A stretch of 64,000 bases of DNA from Opitutales bacterium. Lineage in GTDB: Bacteria; Verrucomicrobiota; Verrucomicrobiia; Opitutales; JABSRG01. Positions 1 to 9,207 of the stretch are shown here, piece after piece (position 1 is the first letter of the stretch; every line of letters begins with the position of its first letter). Both the position numbers and the translations under genes were made by a program. The notes under the pieces were generated by a model that had not been told where the DNA came from, did not search any database, and saw nothing but the letters and a program-made list of their open reading frames with translations. The stretch spans positions 74,883 through 138,882 of the forward strand of contig JBMYOQ010000005.1 of assembly GCA_049599475.1 (NCBI GenBank), given 5' to 3'.

Positions 1-1008
1 AATGGCGATGCAACGGATATTCCATACAATCACGTCCAAGAAGGGGATTACCTCAATCTTGGCTTGTTTGGAAGCTTGACTGCGGCATTTGACAATGGTC
101 TTACCGCGCAAGCCGGTATTCGCGAAGATTATTTCGAAGTCGAAACTGAGGGTTACAGCTTTGGCCCAGGATCCGGTGCCACCAATGAAGATGAGGACGA
201 AGCCTTCTCCTTCAATCTAAGCCTGACTTACGACACTGGCACTGGCCTGTTCCCTTACGTCACGTATGCGGAGTCCAGCTATCTGGAGTTGGGGCAGGGT
301 AGCATTCTTGACCAGGCGCTCATCGGAAATGGTTCTTGGCTCCAGGATTCCGAAGTATTCGAAATTGGTGTGAAGGGGTCGTTCTTCGATAAAACACTCT
401 TCGCGACGATTGCTTACTACGACCAAGAGCGCTCCTTCAACGATTCCAACGCGAATGCATCTGTTTCCTACGGTTCTAAAGGGGTTGAGGCAGAGCTGAG
501 ATGGGTGGTTAATGAGAACCTCTCTTTCATTGGTGCAGCCACCTTTTCTGAAGCAGAATTGGATGCCTTCCCATTTTTCCTAGGTATCCCGCCGGAAGTG
601 CTTGGATATTCATTGGATGATATTTCCGAAATACCTTATGGTGGACGCTTCATCTCGGACGGCAATGCGATCGATCTCGGTATCTCAACACCCGCAGATT
701 GGCCAGCACCTACCGAGACACACTCGCTCACCGCGATCTACTCCATGGACAATGGGCTCGGCTTCTCTTTCGGGGGAACTTACATCGGCTCGACTTTCTC
801 AGGATTCTTCGAAGAGGTAAGCTTGCCGTCTTACATCGAATTTAATGGTTCGATCTCATATAAATATAAGAATTGGAGCTTCAATGCCTCAGTCCTCAAT
901 ATCTTCGAGGAAGAAGGCTATACCCCACAGTTCCTCTTCCAGGAAGTGTTTATTGGACCAAACATAAACGAGCGTCAGTACCAACTGACGGTTGCTTACG
1001 AATGGTAA
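1..1008 (+). CDS. TonB-dependent outer-membrane receptor, C-terminal part (5' end outside window)
   Basis: Frame is open from base 1; amphipathic beta-strand pattern with TBDR-like motifs (EIGVKG, KGVEAE, NIFE) and a terminal aromatic residue (VAYEW). Confidence 0.85.
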   Translation, partial: NGDATDIPYNHVQEGDYLNLGLFGSLTAAFDNGLTAQAGIREDYFEVETEGYSFGPGSGATNEDEDEAFSFNLSLTYDTGTGLFPYVTYAESSYLELGQGSILDQALIGNGSWLQDSEVFEIGVKGSFFDKTLFATIAYYDQERSFNDSNANASVSYGSKGVEAELRWVVNENLSFIGAATFSEAELDAFPFFLGIPPEVLGYSLDDISEIPYGGRFISDGNAIDLGISTPADWPAPTETHSLTAIYSMDNGLGFSFGGTYIGSTFSGFFEEVSLPSYIEFNGSISYKYKNWSFNASVLNIFEEEGYTPQFLFQEVFIGPNINERQYQLTVAYEW

Positions 1009-1016
1009 TCTCAGGT

Positions 1017-1054
1017 CGGCGGGCGAGGCAGAATAGTCTCGCCCGTTGTATTTC
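1017..1054 (+). terminator. Putative intrinsic terminator or stabilising hairpin after the TBDR gene
   Basis: CGGCGGGCGAGGC-AGAATA-GTCTCGCCCGTTG stem followed by TATTTC; the U-tail is weak. Confidence 0.5.
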
Positions 1055-1182
1055 AAGTAGTTGTTTTGTTTGTAGTGTAAATATTGGTTAGATTAGGACA
1101 AACCGCGCATTCTCCGAATGGTGAGATCTTTGGAGAATGCCGGGTTGTTCTAACGGCCTCTCAGAGTTCTCTTACCCATACC

Positions 1183-1752
1183 GTGAACGAATCGAGGAAA
1201 ACAGAAATAGCGCAGAATGTTGTAGCCGCTTTCAAGGGGTACGAAGCCGCATTGGTTTCCAACGACATTGAAGCCTTACAAAGTTACTTTCACCAATCGC
1301 CTGATGCTATTCGCTTCGGAGTGAATGAGCAATTATATGGCTACGAAGCGATCGCTCAGTTTCGCAAAGACCGTGTAATCAATTTTCGTAACCGGACGGA
1401 AAAACGCTTCGAAATCTCGGTTCTATCCGAGACTGTCGCGACCACGATGTACGAATACTCTATTGAGGTAGAGGGCGTGCCGCGAGATGGGAGACAGTCG
1501 CAGACATGGTTGTTCTCCGAGGGTAATTGGAAAATAATTACGGCACATGTTTCCCTACTTCCTGGTCGATCGGAAGTAGCTGACTGGAAACGCTTTGCAC
1601 AGGAAAATGCAGCCTGCCTCGATTTTACTATCGATCCAGCTCATTTGGCAGGCGTTGTGCAACACCTAGAGACCATGGATAAACTTGTGGAGCCTCTGAT
1701 GGATTTTGAATTGCCGGAGGACGTGGAGCCCGCTCCTGTATTTCGCCCATGA
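1183..1752 (+). CDS. AtzH-like (DUF3225/HpxZ) domain fused to AtzG-like (DUF4089/HpxX) domain
   Basis: N-part YEAALVSND, IRFGVNEQLYGYEAIAQFR, GRQSQTW, WKIITAHVS (AtzH/HpxZ type); C-part ends LMDFELPEDVEPAPVFRP (AtzG/DUF4089 type). GTG at 1183 preferred to 1084; ATGA overlap with the amidase. Confidence 0.8.
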   Translation: MNESRKTEIAQNVVAAFKGYEAALVSNDIEALQSYFHQSPDAIRFGVNEQLYGYEAIAQFRKDRVINFRNRTEKRFEISVLSETVATTMYEYSIEVEGVPRDGRQSQTWLFSEGNWKIITAHVSLLPGRSEVADWKRFAQENAACLDFTIDPAHLAGVVQHLETMDKLVEPLMDFELPEDVEPAPVFRP

Positions 1753-3146
1753 GCACACCTTATTATCGCATGCAAGCTGCAGAAATTGCGGCAGGTGTGA
1801 AAACGAAACAATTTTCGGCGGTCGAAATTGTCCAAGCATGTATTGATAGAATAGATACTGTAGGGCAGAAGCTAAATGCATTTACACGGGTCACGCGTGA
1901 GCGCGCACTCGCAGAAGCGGCGGAACTGGATGCTGCGCTTGCTCGAGGCGAAGATGTTGGCCCCCTTGCAGGCGTTCCTTTTGCCGTGAAAAATCTCTTC
2001 GACTTAAAGGGCGAGGTGACTGTTGCAGGGTCCAAAATTAACAGAGATAATGATCCGGCGGAATCCGATGCGACCGCGGTCCAGCGCCTTACTCAAGCTG
2101 GAGCCATTTGCGTGGGCGCACTCAATATGGGGGAATACGCCTATGATTTTGTCACTGAAAATGCCCACGATGGCGCGACGCTCAATCCTTGGGACTTGGG
2201 GCATTCGGCGGGCGGTTCCTCGGGTGGCTCAGGAGCAGCAACGGCGGGTGGGCTTGTGCCCATAACTCTTGGAACGGATACCAATGGATCTATCCGAGTG
2301 CCTTCTTCATTCTGCGGTATTTGGGGAATACGCCCCACCTATGGGCGTCTCTCTCGCGGAGGTTCGTTTGCCTTTGTTGATAGTATTGATACGATTGGCC
2401 CGTTCGCGCGGAGTGTTGAGGATCTTGCTCAAGCCTACGATGCCATGTCAGGTCCCGACGCACGCGATGCCGCATGCTCGGAGTTGCCAGAAACCGCGTT
2501 TGCCCAAACCCTGACTTCGGCTGATACACCGTTTAGGATCGCCAAGCTTGGGGGCTATTTCGCGGAAGGCGGCGATCCCAAGGTGCATGCGGCCGTGGAT
2601 ACCGTCATGGCGGCTTTAGGAGTCAGTGAATCAGTCGAGATCCCTGAGCCAGCGCTCGCTAGAACCTCTGCATTTGTCATTACTTGCGCAGAAGCCGGAG
2701 CACGCCATCTAGACCGAGTGCGCAGCCGTGCTCATGATTTCGATCCGAATATTCGCGACCGCTTTATTGCCGGTACGATGGTTCCGCACGCTTGGGTGGA
2801 TAAGGCCCAGCGCTTTCGCACCTGGTGGCATGGCGAGGTGATGAAGGTGTTTGAATCCGTAGATATATTGATTGCACCGGCGACACCGCTTACTGCTTCA
2901 AAGCTTGGCCAAAAGACTCTGAGCTTCAACGGGGAGCAGTTGCCCCTACGCCCCAATATCGGCCTATTTACGCAGCCCTTGTCGTTTGCGGGTCTTCCTA
3001 TTTTAGCGGCTCCAGTGCATCGCGACGAGCAGATGCCGTGTGCCGTCCAGCTGGTAGCGGCTCCGCATGCTGAAGAAAAATTATTTAAATTGGCTCGAAA
3101 GTTGGAGACGATGGGGGTGTGCACCTCCCCGGTGGCTTCATTTTAA
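1749..3146 (+). CDS. atzE: AtzE-family amidase (1-carboxybiuret hydrolase-like, amidase signature family)
   Basis: GVPFAVKNLFD, GGSSGGS, GTDTNGSIRVPSSFCG (Lys-cisSer-Ser triad); NMGEYAYDF and adjacent AtzG/AtzH domains point to the AtzE subfamily. Confidence 0.85.
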   Translation: MSTPYYRMQAAEIAAGVKTKQFSAVEIVQACIDRIDTVGQKLNAFTRVTRERALAEAAELDAALARGEDVGPLAGVPFAVKNLFDLKGEVTVAGSKINRDNDPAESDATAVQRLTQAGAICVGALNMGEYAYDFVTENAHDGATLNPWDLGHSAGGSSGGSGAATAGGLVPITLGTDTNGSIRVPSSFCGIWGIRPTYGRLSRGGSFAFVDSIDTIGPFARSVEDLAQAYDAMSGPDARDAACSELPETAFAQTLTSADTPFRIAKLGGYFAEGGDPKVHAAVDTVMAALGVSESVEIPEPALARTSAFVITCAEAGARHLDRVRSRAHDFDPNIRDRFIAGTMVPHAWVDKAQRFRTWWHGEVMKVFESVDILIAPATPLTASKLGQKTLSFNGEQLPLRPNIGLFTQPLSFAGLPILAAPVHRDEQMPCAVQLVAAPHAEEKLFKLARKLETMGVCTSPVASF

Positions 3147-3168
3147 GTGTATCCTAAATTAAATTACA

Positions 3169-3849
3169 ATGTCTCCTGCGCCTGTTAATGCCCAGCCTTT
3201 TGAGTTCCATCTGAAGATGGATGAGTGTGCATTCCTCATCATTGATATGCAGCGGGACTTTGTTGAGCCTGGAGGTTTTGGAGAATCTTTGGGAAATGAT
3301 GTATCCTTGCTCCGTTCGACAATATTGCCTACGGCTCGGTTGCTGGCTGCATGGCGCGAAATGGGGGGTAAAGTGATACACACGCGTGAAGGGCATTTGC
3401 CGGATTTGTCGGATCTTCCGGAATCTAAGCGCACGCGAGGCAATCCGGAAATTGCGATAGGGGATACCGGGCCGATGGGCCGCATTCTAATTCGCGGCGA
3501 AGCGGGCCAAGGCATCATTCCTGAGTTAGCCCCCGCCGAGGGTGAGTGCGTGATCGATAAGCCGGGGAAGGGCGCATTCTATAATACGTCTCTCGGAGAT
3601 TATTTGAAGGCGGAAGGGATCACTCAATTGATTGTTGCAGGAGTGACCACTGAGGTTTGCGTGCACACCACCGTGCGAGAGGCCAATGATCGCGGATATG
3701 ACTGCCTCGTATTATCGGACTGCACAGGGTCTTATTTCCCGGAATTTCATGAAATGGCCTTAAAAATGGTCGTAGCTCAGAGCGGCATATTTGGCTGGGT
3801 GTCCGAGAGTGCATCTATCTTAAACGCACTAGATAAATTGAAGGAATAA
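3169..3849 (+). CDS. biuH: Biuret hydrolase (isochorismatase-family cysteine hydrolase)
   Basis: IIDMQRDF, DKPGKGAF, GVTTEVCV give the D-K-C triad; second Lys in KPGK and Gln in AQSGIFG match BiuH specificity residues. Confidence 0.8.
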   Translation: MSPAPVNAQPFEFHLKMDECAFLIIDMQRDFVEPGGFGESLGNDVSLLRSTILPTARLLAAWREMGGKVIHTREGHLPDLSDLPESKRTRGNPEIAIGDTGPMGRILIRGEAGQGIIPELAPAEGECVIDKPGKGAFYNTSLGDYLKAEGITQLIVAGVTTEVCVHTTVREANDRGYDCLVLSDCTGSYFPEFHEMALKMVVAQSGIFGWVSESASILNALDKLKE

Positions 3850-3855
3850 AACGCG

Positions 3856-5430
3856 ATGACTGATTCCACGAATACTTTTAAGCCCAAGCTCTGGGTTCCC
3901 GGAGATTGGAATGCATTTTTTGGATACGGGACAAATATTTTGGTAAATGTCCTCACGCTCACAGGCTTATTGAGATTCGTATTGGGCTTTCCTGACGAGC
4001 TTGTTTTCGGTCGAGTATTACCAGCAGTCGGGTTGATGCTTTTCCTGTCCACTTTTTATTATTCCTGGATGGCGTATCGTCTGGCGAAGGAAACGGGACG
4101 CACCGATGTCTGTGCACTCCCATCCGGGCCGGGAGTGGGGCACATGTTTATCTGTGTGTTTGTGGTCATGATGCCGATAAAAATGGAGACGGGCGATCCT
4201 GTTAAAGCTTGGGAAGCCGGCCTCACCTGGGTGTTTATTCAGAGTTTTGTCCTCGTGATCGGCGCATTCTTGGGGAAGTGGATTCGTAAGATTACCCCGC
4301 GTGCTGCGCTTTTGGGTACTCTCGCTGGGGTCGCGATTACTTTTATCTCAATGCGTCCACTGATGCAGATGTTCCTCACTCCAGCGATTGGCGTGCTGTG
4401 CTTTGTCATCATTATGGCAGGCTGGTTCGGAGGTGTGAAATTCTTCAAGGGAATGCCCGCAGGTTTAGTTGCCTTGTTGGGAGGCACTGCCATTGCTTGG
4501 GGATCTCAATTATTCGGAATGAATCTGGGTGGCTTGTCGCTTGAGGGGGTGACTGACTCTTTGAAATATTTTGGATTTAGCATTCCGATTCCAGCCCTCG
4601 ATCATACGTTTTCGGGCTTCGAGTTTTTAGGTATCCTGCTCGTGACTGCGATTCCCTTCGGCCTGTATGATTTGATCGAAGCGATCGATAATGTGGAGAG
4701 CTCCGCCGCAGCGGGAGACCCATATCCTACCAAAAAAGTGCTCTTGGCCGACGGTGTTGTCAGTATGATCGGTTGCTTGATGGGGAATCCATTTACCTTA
4801 GCCGTTTATATTGGGCATCCCGGCTGGAAGGCTATGGGTGGCCGTATCGGCTACACTTTGGCAACAGGTGTTATGGTGATTCTGTTGTGCTGGTTTGGTA
4901 CAGTCTCTGTGATATTGGCCGTCGTGCCGGTTGTCGCAATATTACCAATACTTTTATATATCGGACTCTTGATTGGCTCTCAGGCATTTCAAGAGACTCC
5001 CGCGCGTCACGCACCCGCAGTGATCATGGCGATGGTGCCGCACATGGCACACTGGGCTGGAGGTATGATCGAGGGTGCGCTCAATGCAAATGGCATTTTC
5101 GAACGCACACCAGAGCTCTACGAGAAGCTCGCTGGGGAAGGTGTATTGCTTCAAGGCCTACACAAAGTCGGAGATGGTGCAGCGCTCTCTGGGATTATTC
5201 TGGCGACGATGACTGTGTTTATCATCGAACGAAAATTACAGTATGCCGCGATTGCTGCCGCGATTGGCGCCGGCCTGACTTATTTGGGCTTAATGCATGG
5301 TCAAAATGTGGGCTGGGCGATGAATCCGAGTATAGCGCTGGGATACTTGATGACGGCTGGGTTTCTTGCCTTGTGCTCACGCCAGAAACTCGATCCCGTT
5401 CCTGAAGACCCACATCACCATGCGTCTTAG
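3856..5430 (+). CDS. NCS2/AzgA-like (xanthine/uracil/vitamin C family) permease
   Basis: Many hydrophobic segments; PGDWNAFFG, NVESSAAAGDPY, VYIGHPGWKAMGGR motifs typical of permeases found beside biuret hydrolases. Confidence 0.75.
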   Translation: MTDSTNTFKPKLWVPGDWNAFFGYGTNILVNVLTLTGLLRFVLGFPDELVFGRVLPAVGLMLFLSTFYYSWMAYRLAKETGRTDVCALPSGPGVGHMFICVFVVMMPIKMETGDPVKAWEAGLTWVFIQSFVLVIGAFLGKWIRKITPRAALLGTLAGVAITFISMRPLMQMFLTPAIGVLCFVIIMAGWFGGVKFFKGMPAGLVALLGGTAIAWGSQLFGMNLGGLSLEGVTDSLKYFGFSIPIPALDHTFSGFEFLGILLVTAIPFGLYDLIEAIDNVESSAAAGDPYPTKKVLLADGVVSMIGCLMGNPFTLAVYIGHPGWKAMGGRIGYTLATGVMVILLCWFGTVSVILAVVPVVAILPILLYIGLLIGSQAFQETPARHAPAVIMAMVPHMAHWAGGMIEGALNANGIFERTPELYEKLAGEGVLLQGLHKVGDGAALSGIILATMTVFIIERKLQYAAIAAAIGAGLTYLGLMHGQNVGWAMNPSIALGYLMTAGFLALCSRQKLDPVPEDPHHHAS

Positions 5431-6355
5431 GCCTTTTTATAGCCTGGTTTTTGCTGCCGTACTGGCGGGGCCGTTGGTGGCACAGCCGGTTTGGCTGGAT
5501 ATGGACCAGCAGGCATTGGATGATGCGTATAATCAGAGTGTATGGGCCGGGAACCTAGAGCAGGTCATTGCTCGCTTCGATTCGAACAGTGATCGCGCCC
5601 GAGCAGCCCTCGGAGCGCCCAAGCGATTCACGTATGGGCAGGAGCCGGATGAAGGTATTGATGTTTATAGGACGTCTGCCGATAACGCACCTATTCATAT
5701 TTTCATACATGGAGGAGCCTGGTTTTTGGGGCGCGCACATGGAAACGCGCATGCGGCTGAGGCCTTCGTGGATGCGGGAGTGCATTTTGTAGTTCCTGAT
5801 TTTTCATCGGTGAAAGATCTTGGAGGCAACCTCGGCGGGATGGTTGCGCAGCTGCGAGCGGCTGTCGCGTGGGTCTATAAGAATGCGGCGACAGAGTTTG
5901 GTGGTGATCCTAACCGAATATTTCTCTCCGGTTTTTCATCAGGAGGCCATCTTGCGTCAGTCCTTGCTACGACGGATTGGCCAGCGTTCGAAAAAGGCCT
6001 GCCATCTCAAATGTTTCAAGGCGCGGTCCTCTGTAGTGGAATGTATGATCTGTATCCCGTCAGCCTGTCGGCCCGCAGAGAGTATGTGAATTTCACAGAT
6101 CAGATTATCGAAGATTATAGCGCATTGAGACAGCTTCATTACCTAAACTGTCCAATCGTGCTGGCTTACGGTGGATTGGAGTCGCCCGAGTTTAAGCGGC
6201 AATCCGAGGTGTTTTATGAGGCACTCACAAAGGCTGAAGTTCCGGTCGAATTGATCGTCGCGGAGCAATACAATCATTTCGAAGTGATAGAGACCCTGGG
6301 GAACCCGTTCGGGCATTTAGGCAAGGCAGCTCTAGCGCAGATTTTCGGGAAATAG
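5420..6355 (+). CDS. Exported alpha/beta hydrolase, arylformamidase (kynurenine formamidase)-like
   Basis: Signal peptide MRLRPFYSLVFAAVLAGPLVA from ATG 5420; HGGAW oxyanion loop, GFSSGG nucleophile elbow, NHFEV catalytic His. Confidence 0.75.
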   Translation: MRLRPFYSLVFAAVLAGPLVAQPVWLDMDQQALDDAYNQSVWAGNLEQVIARFDSNSDRARAALGAPKRFTYGQEPDEGIDVYRTSADNAPIHIFIHGGAWFLGRAHGNAHAAEAFVDAGVHFVVPDFSSVKDLGGNLGGMVAQLRAAVAWVYKNAATEFGGDPNRIFLSGFSSGGHLASVLATTDWPAFEKGLPSQMFQGAVLCSGMYDLYPVSLSARREYVNFTDQIIEDYSALRQLHYLNCPIVLAYGGLESPEFKRQSEVFYEALTKAEVPVELIVAEQYNHFEVIETLGNPFGHLGKAALAQIFGK

Positions 6356-6408
6356 ATCAAAGGCGATCATGATTGGAGTGCCTCTGCCGGGATCCCATGG
6401 CTGAGAGT

Positions 6409-7095
6409 TTATTCGACCTCTTGATACAGGGATTGGCTTATGATCGATCCGTGCTCACTTTCGGAAATAGCCCTTGTGATTGAAGGCTGTGCGTCTAGAG
6501 CCTGGCCGAGCATCTTAAGTCCATCCGTGTTGAAAGAAATTAAGTGGCTGAATGATCCATCTCCGACTTCTACTCGAAACATGTTAATGTAGATGTCTTT
6601 GCTGACAGTTTCTTGAGTCTGGGTCTGCCATCTTTCAAGAGTCTCGAGGAGCTTGGATTCATTTTTTGCGGCTACCCGTAGATTCAGGAGTGTGCCAGGA
6701 GTGTGGGTTCCGTCGAAACGAACTGCTTTTAGATAAGTGTGTGAACCGGACGATTGAAGAGTCCGTGAAAGTGTGTTGCTTGCTGCTGTCCAGTCGGGGT
6801 GTTTCGAGAAAAGATCTCGGTTTGTGAGCAGGGATTCGAACGATAGGGCCGGGATAAGTGTGAAGCCGCCCTGTGTGTCGAGTGACTGATATGCTCGAAG
6901 GAAAAGCGGAATATCATGTTGATCGCTCATCCGCGCATTGATCGCCTGCATCTCCTGTTGAAAGCGTGGCAGGTCGGAAAACGCGACAGGTTCTATACAA
7001 ATTGCCGGCAGGATCTCTGGCGCCTCAGCTTTTATTGCTATAGTTTGTGAGAGTAAAACCGCGAGGCTTAGGCAAAGGATATAAGGTGTGTGCAT
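6409..7095 (-). CDS. Hypothetical exported protein
   Basis: 228-aa ORF with N-terminal signal-like stretch; fills the gap between operons; no family recognised. Confidence 0.55.
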   Translation of the reverse strand: MHTPYILCLSLAVLLSQTIAIKAEAPEILPAICIEPVAFSDLPRFQQEMQAINARMSDQHDIPLFLRAYQSLDTQGGFTLIPALSFESLLTNRDLFSKHPDWTAASNTLSRTLQSSGSHTYLKAVRFDGTHTPGTLLNLRVAAKNESKLLETLERWQTQTQETVSKDIYINMFRVEVGDGSFSHLISFNTDGLKMLGQALDAQPSITRAISESEHGSIISQSLYQEVE

Positions 7096-7293
7096 ATTTG
7101 AGGAAACGAGTTGCGGACGGGTCTTGCGGTCTGAGCATGGTGGGTAGCGAGTGTCGTACCGTGTGCTTGTAGGGGTTGAATCTCTGCTGATTTTATCTAT
7201 CTCTGAACAATATGAGAAAGGACTATCGCCTTTACAGGAATGCCCTTTGCTGCGATACTATTTCGCTTTTTCTAACCGCAACCTATCGCTAAA

Positions 7294-8355
7294 ATGATCG
7301 AAGCACCTGAAACGCCGAGCTTTACGGACGCAGAATTGGATGCAGAGGCTGATCGTATTTTCAAACGCCTCTACACCGTCGAATGCAGTACGGACGTTTC
7401 GTGGTCGTATGAGAAGTGCCGCGAGCTTGCTCCGGTGACTCTCGAGATCGAGCACTGGAAGCGCGAGCGCAATGCGATCGTGTTGGCCCATTCCTATGTG
7501 AATCCGGAGATTATCTACGGAGTTGGGGATCATGTCGGCGATTCATACAAGCTCTCTGTCGACGCGGCTGAAAACAAGAAGCCGATGATCGTCTTCAGCG
7601 GTGTGGTTTTCATGGCAGAGACTGCGAAAATCCTCTCTCCGGATGCCCGCGTCTTAGTGCCAGATATGGGTTCTGGCTGTTCCTTGGCTGATTCTTTGAC
7701 AGGCGAGCAACTTCGTGAGATGAAGGCTGGAATTGAGGGCGATTTTGCAACTGTCTGCTATGTGAATTGCAACGCAGATGTGAAGGCCGAGTGCGATGTC
7801 TGCGTGACTTCTACCAACGTATACAAAATTATCGCGGCCCTCCCGCAGAAGCGCATTCTCTTCGTGCCCGACCGTTTGATGGCGGAAAACATCCGTGTCG
7901 AGATGCGGAAATTGGGGATCGATAAAGAGATTCTGACATCTGATGGCACATGCATGGTGCATGACCAATTTACTCCAGATCTGATCGCTGATGCGCGTAG
8001 CCGCTACCCTGGCTTGGCAGTGGTATCTCACCCAGAGTGCACACGTGAAATCACAGAGCGTAGCGACTTTGTCGGCAGCACGTCTGCGATGATGAAATAC
8101 GTGAAGGAGAGTGATGCGCCTTACTACATGATGCTTACCGAGTGTGGGTTGGTGAGTCGCTTAGAGGTGGAAAATCCCGAGAAGCGCTTTATTGGCTCCT
8201 GCAAGATGTGCCCTTACATGAAGCTCAATACTTTGGAGAAGATTCGCGATGCTCTGAAATTTGTAGATCCAGCTCTCGAGGTCACCTTGGATGAAGATAT
8301 TCGCCTGAAAGCCGAAGCTTCCCTGAGGAAAATGATCGAGATGACCCAGGCCTAA
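7294..8355 (+). CDS. nadA: Quinolinate synthase
   Basis: LAHSY, VFMAETAKILSP, GCSLA, CMVH, HPEC, CPYMK ([4Fe-4S] cysteines). Confidence 0.95.
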   Translation: MIEAPETPSFTDAELDAEADRIFKRLYTVECSTDVSWSYEKCRELAPVTLEIEHWKRERNAIVLAHSYVNPEIIYGVGDHVGDSYKLSVDAAENKKPMIVFSGVVFMAETAKILSPDARVLVPDMGSGCSLADSLTGEQLREMKAGIEGDFATVCYVNCNADVKAECDVCVTSTNVYKIIAALPQKRILFVPDRLMAENIRVEMRKLGIDKEILTSDGTCMVHDQFTPDLIADARSRYPGLAVVSHPECTREITERSDFVGSTSAMMKYVKESDAPYYMMLTECGLVSRLEVENPEKRFIGSCKMCPYMKLNTLEKIRDALKFVDPALEVTLDEDIRLKAEASLRKMIEMTQA

Positions 8356-8382
8356 GGCCATAAATTTCTACCCAAGAGAGTC

Positions 8383-9207
8383 ATGTTTGACGACCCACTT
8401 ATTGATCTAGCGCTCCGCGAGGATGCCGGGCTAGGAGATTTGACCAGCGAAGCGATTTTTAGCAAATCCGACACCGCATCTGGCCGAATCGTGGCCAAGG
8501 AGCCCCTGGTTCTCGCCGGTATGGAAATTGGCGCAAAGGTGTTCGAACGCTGTTCGAAGGACATTGTATTTGAGCCCTTGGCGGAGGATGGCGACAAGAT
8601 CATCCCGGGCGAAACGGTGCTGCGATTCTCGGGGCCCACGATCCCGCTGCTCATCGCAGAGCGTACGGTCCTGAACTTCATGCAAAACTTGTCTGGCATC
8701 GCGACGGTTTGTCGGCGCTACGCAGATGTTGCGACACCCTATGGTGTGAAAGTCGTTGATACGCGCAAAACGCTCCCAGGATTCCGTTCCTTGGCTAAGT
8801 ATGCAGTGCGTTGTGGCGGTTGCTTTAATCACCGTTCAGGTCTGGGAGACCATGTGTTGATTAAGGAAAACCATATAGCGGCTGCGGGGTCGCTCGAGGC
8901 AGCTATTGAACGCTGCCAGGCGCGTGCTCCACATCTCTGCAAAATCGAAGTAGAGGTCGTCGATATCGAAATGGCCGGTAAGGCGATCGCGGCGGGTGCA
9001 GATGTATTGCTTCTCGATAATATGAGCGTAGAAGAGATTGGCGACTACGTGAAGCGCTACAAATACCAGGCGGTGCTCGAAGTCTCAGGAGGCGTCACCA
9101 TGGACACTTTGGAAAGCTACTGTCAGACGGGTGTCGATGTGATCAGTGTCGGTGCTTTAACCCACTCTGTGAAGGCTGCCGACCTGAGTATGCTCTTCGA
9201 TGTATGA
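8383..9207 (+). CDS. nadC: Quinolinate phosphoribosyltransferase
   Basis: LREDAGLGDLTS, DTRKTLPG, NHRSGL, IKENH, EVEV, LLDNM, EVSGG, ISVGALTHS. Confidence 0.95.
   Translation: MFDDPLIDLALREDAGLGDLTSEAIFSKSDTASGRIVAKEPLVLAGMEIGAKVFERCSKDIVFEPLAEDGDKIIPGETVLRFSGPTIPLLIAERTVLNFMQNLSGIATVCRRYADVATPYGVKVVDTRKTLPGFRSLAKYAVRCGGCFNHRSGLGDHVLIKENHIAAAGSLEAAIERCQARAPHLCKIEVEVVDIEMAGKAIAAGADVLLLDNMSVEEIGDYVKRYKYQAVLEVSGGVTMDTLESYCQTGVDVISVGALTHSVKAADLSMLFDV

Noticed and set aside
1087..1154. attC-like site because of GTTAGA...TCTAAC ends
   Set aside because: Boxes are in the wrong order (GTT before AAC) and there is no cassette context
1084..1182. Longer N-terminus for the AtzH-G protein as given in the ORF track
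   Set aside because: The extension runs through a long hairpin and precedes the family-like sequence; GTG 1183 is more plausible
7096..7293. NAD riboswitch or NrtR/NiaR operator upstream of nadA
   Set aside because: No convincing structure or palindrome seen by eye; needs an Rfam or motif scan
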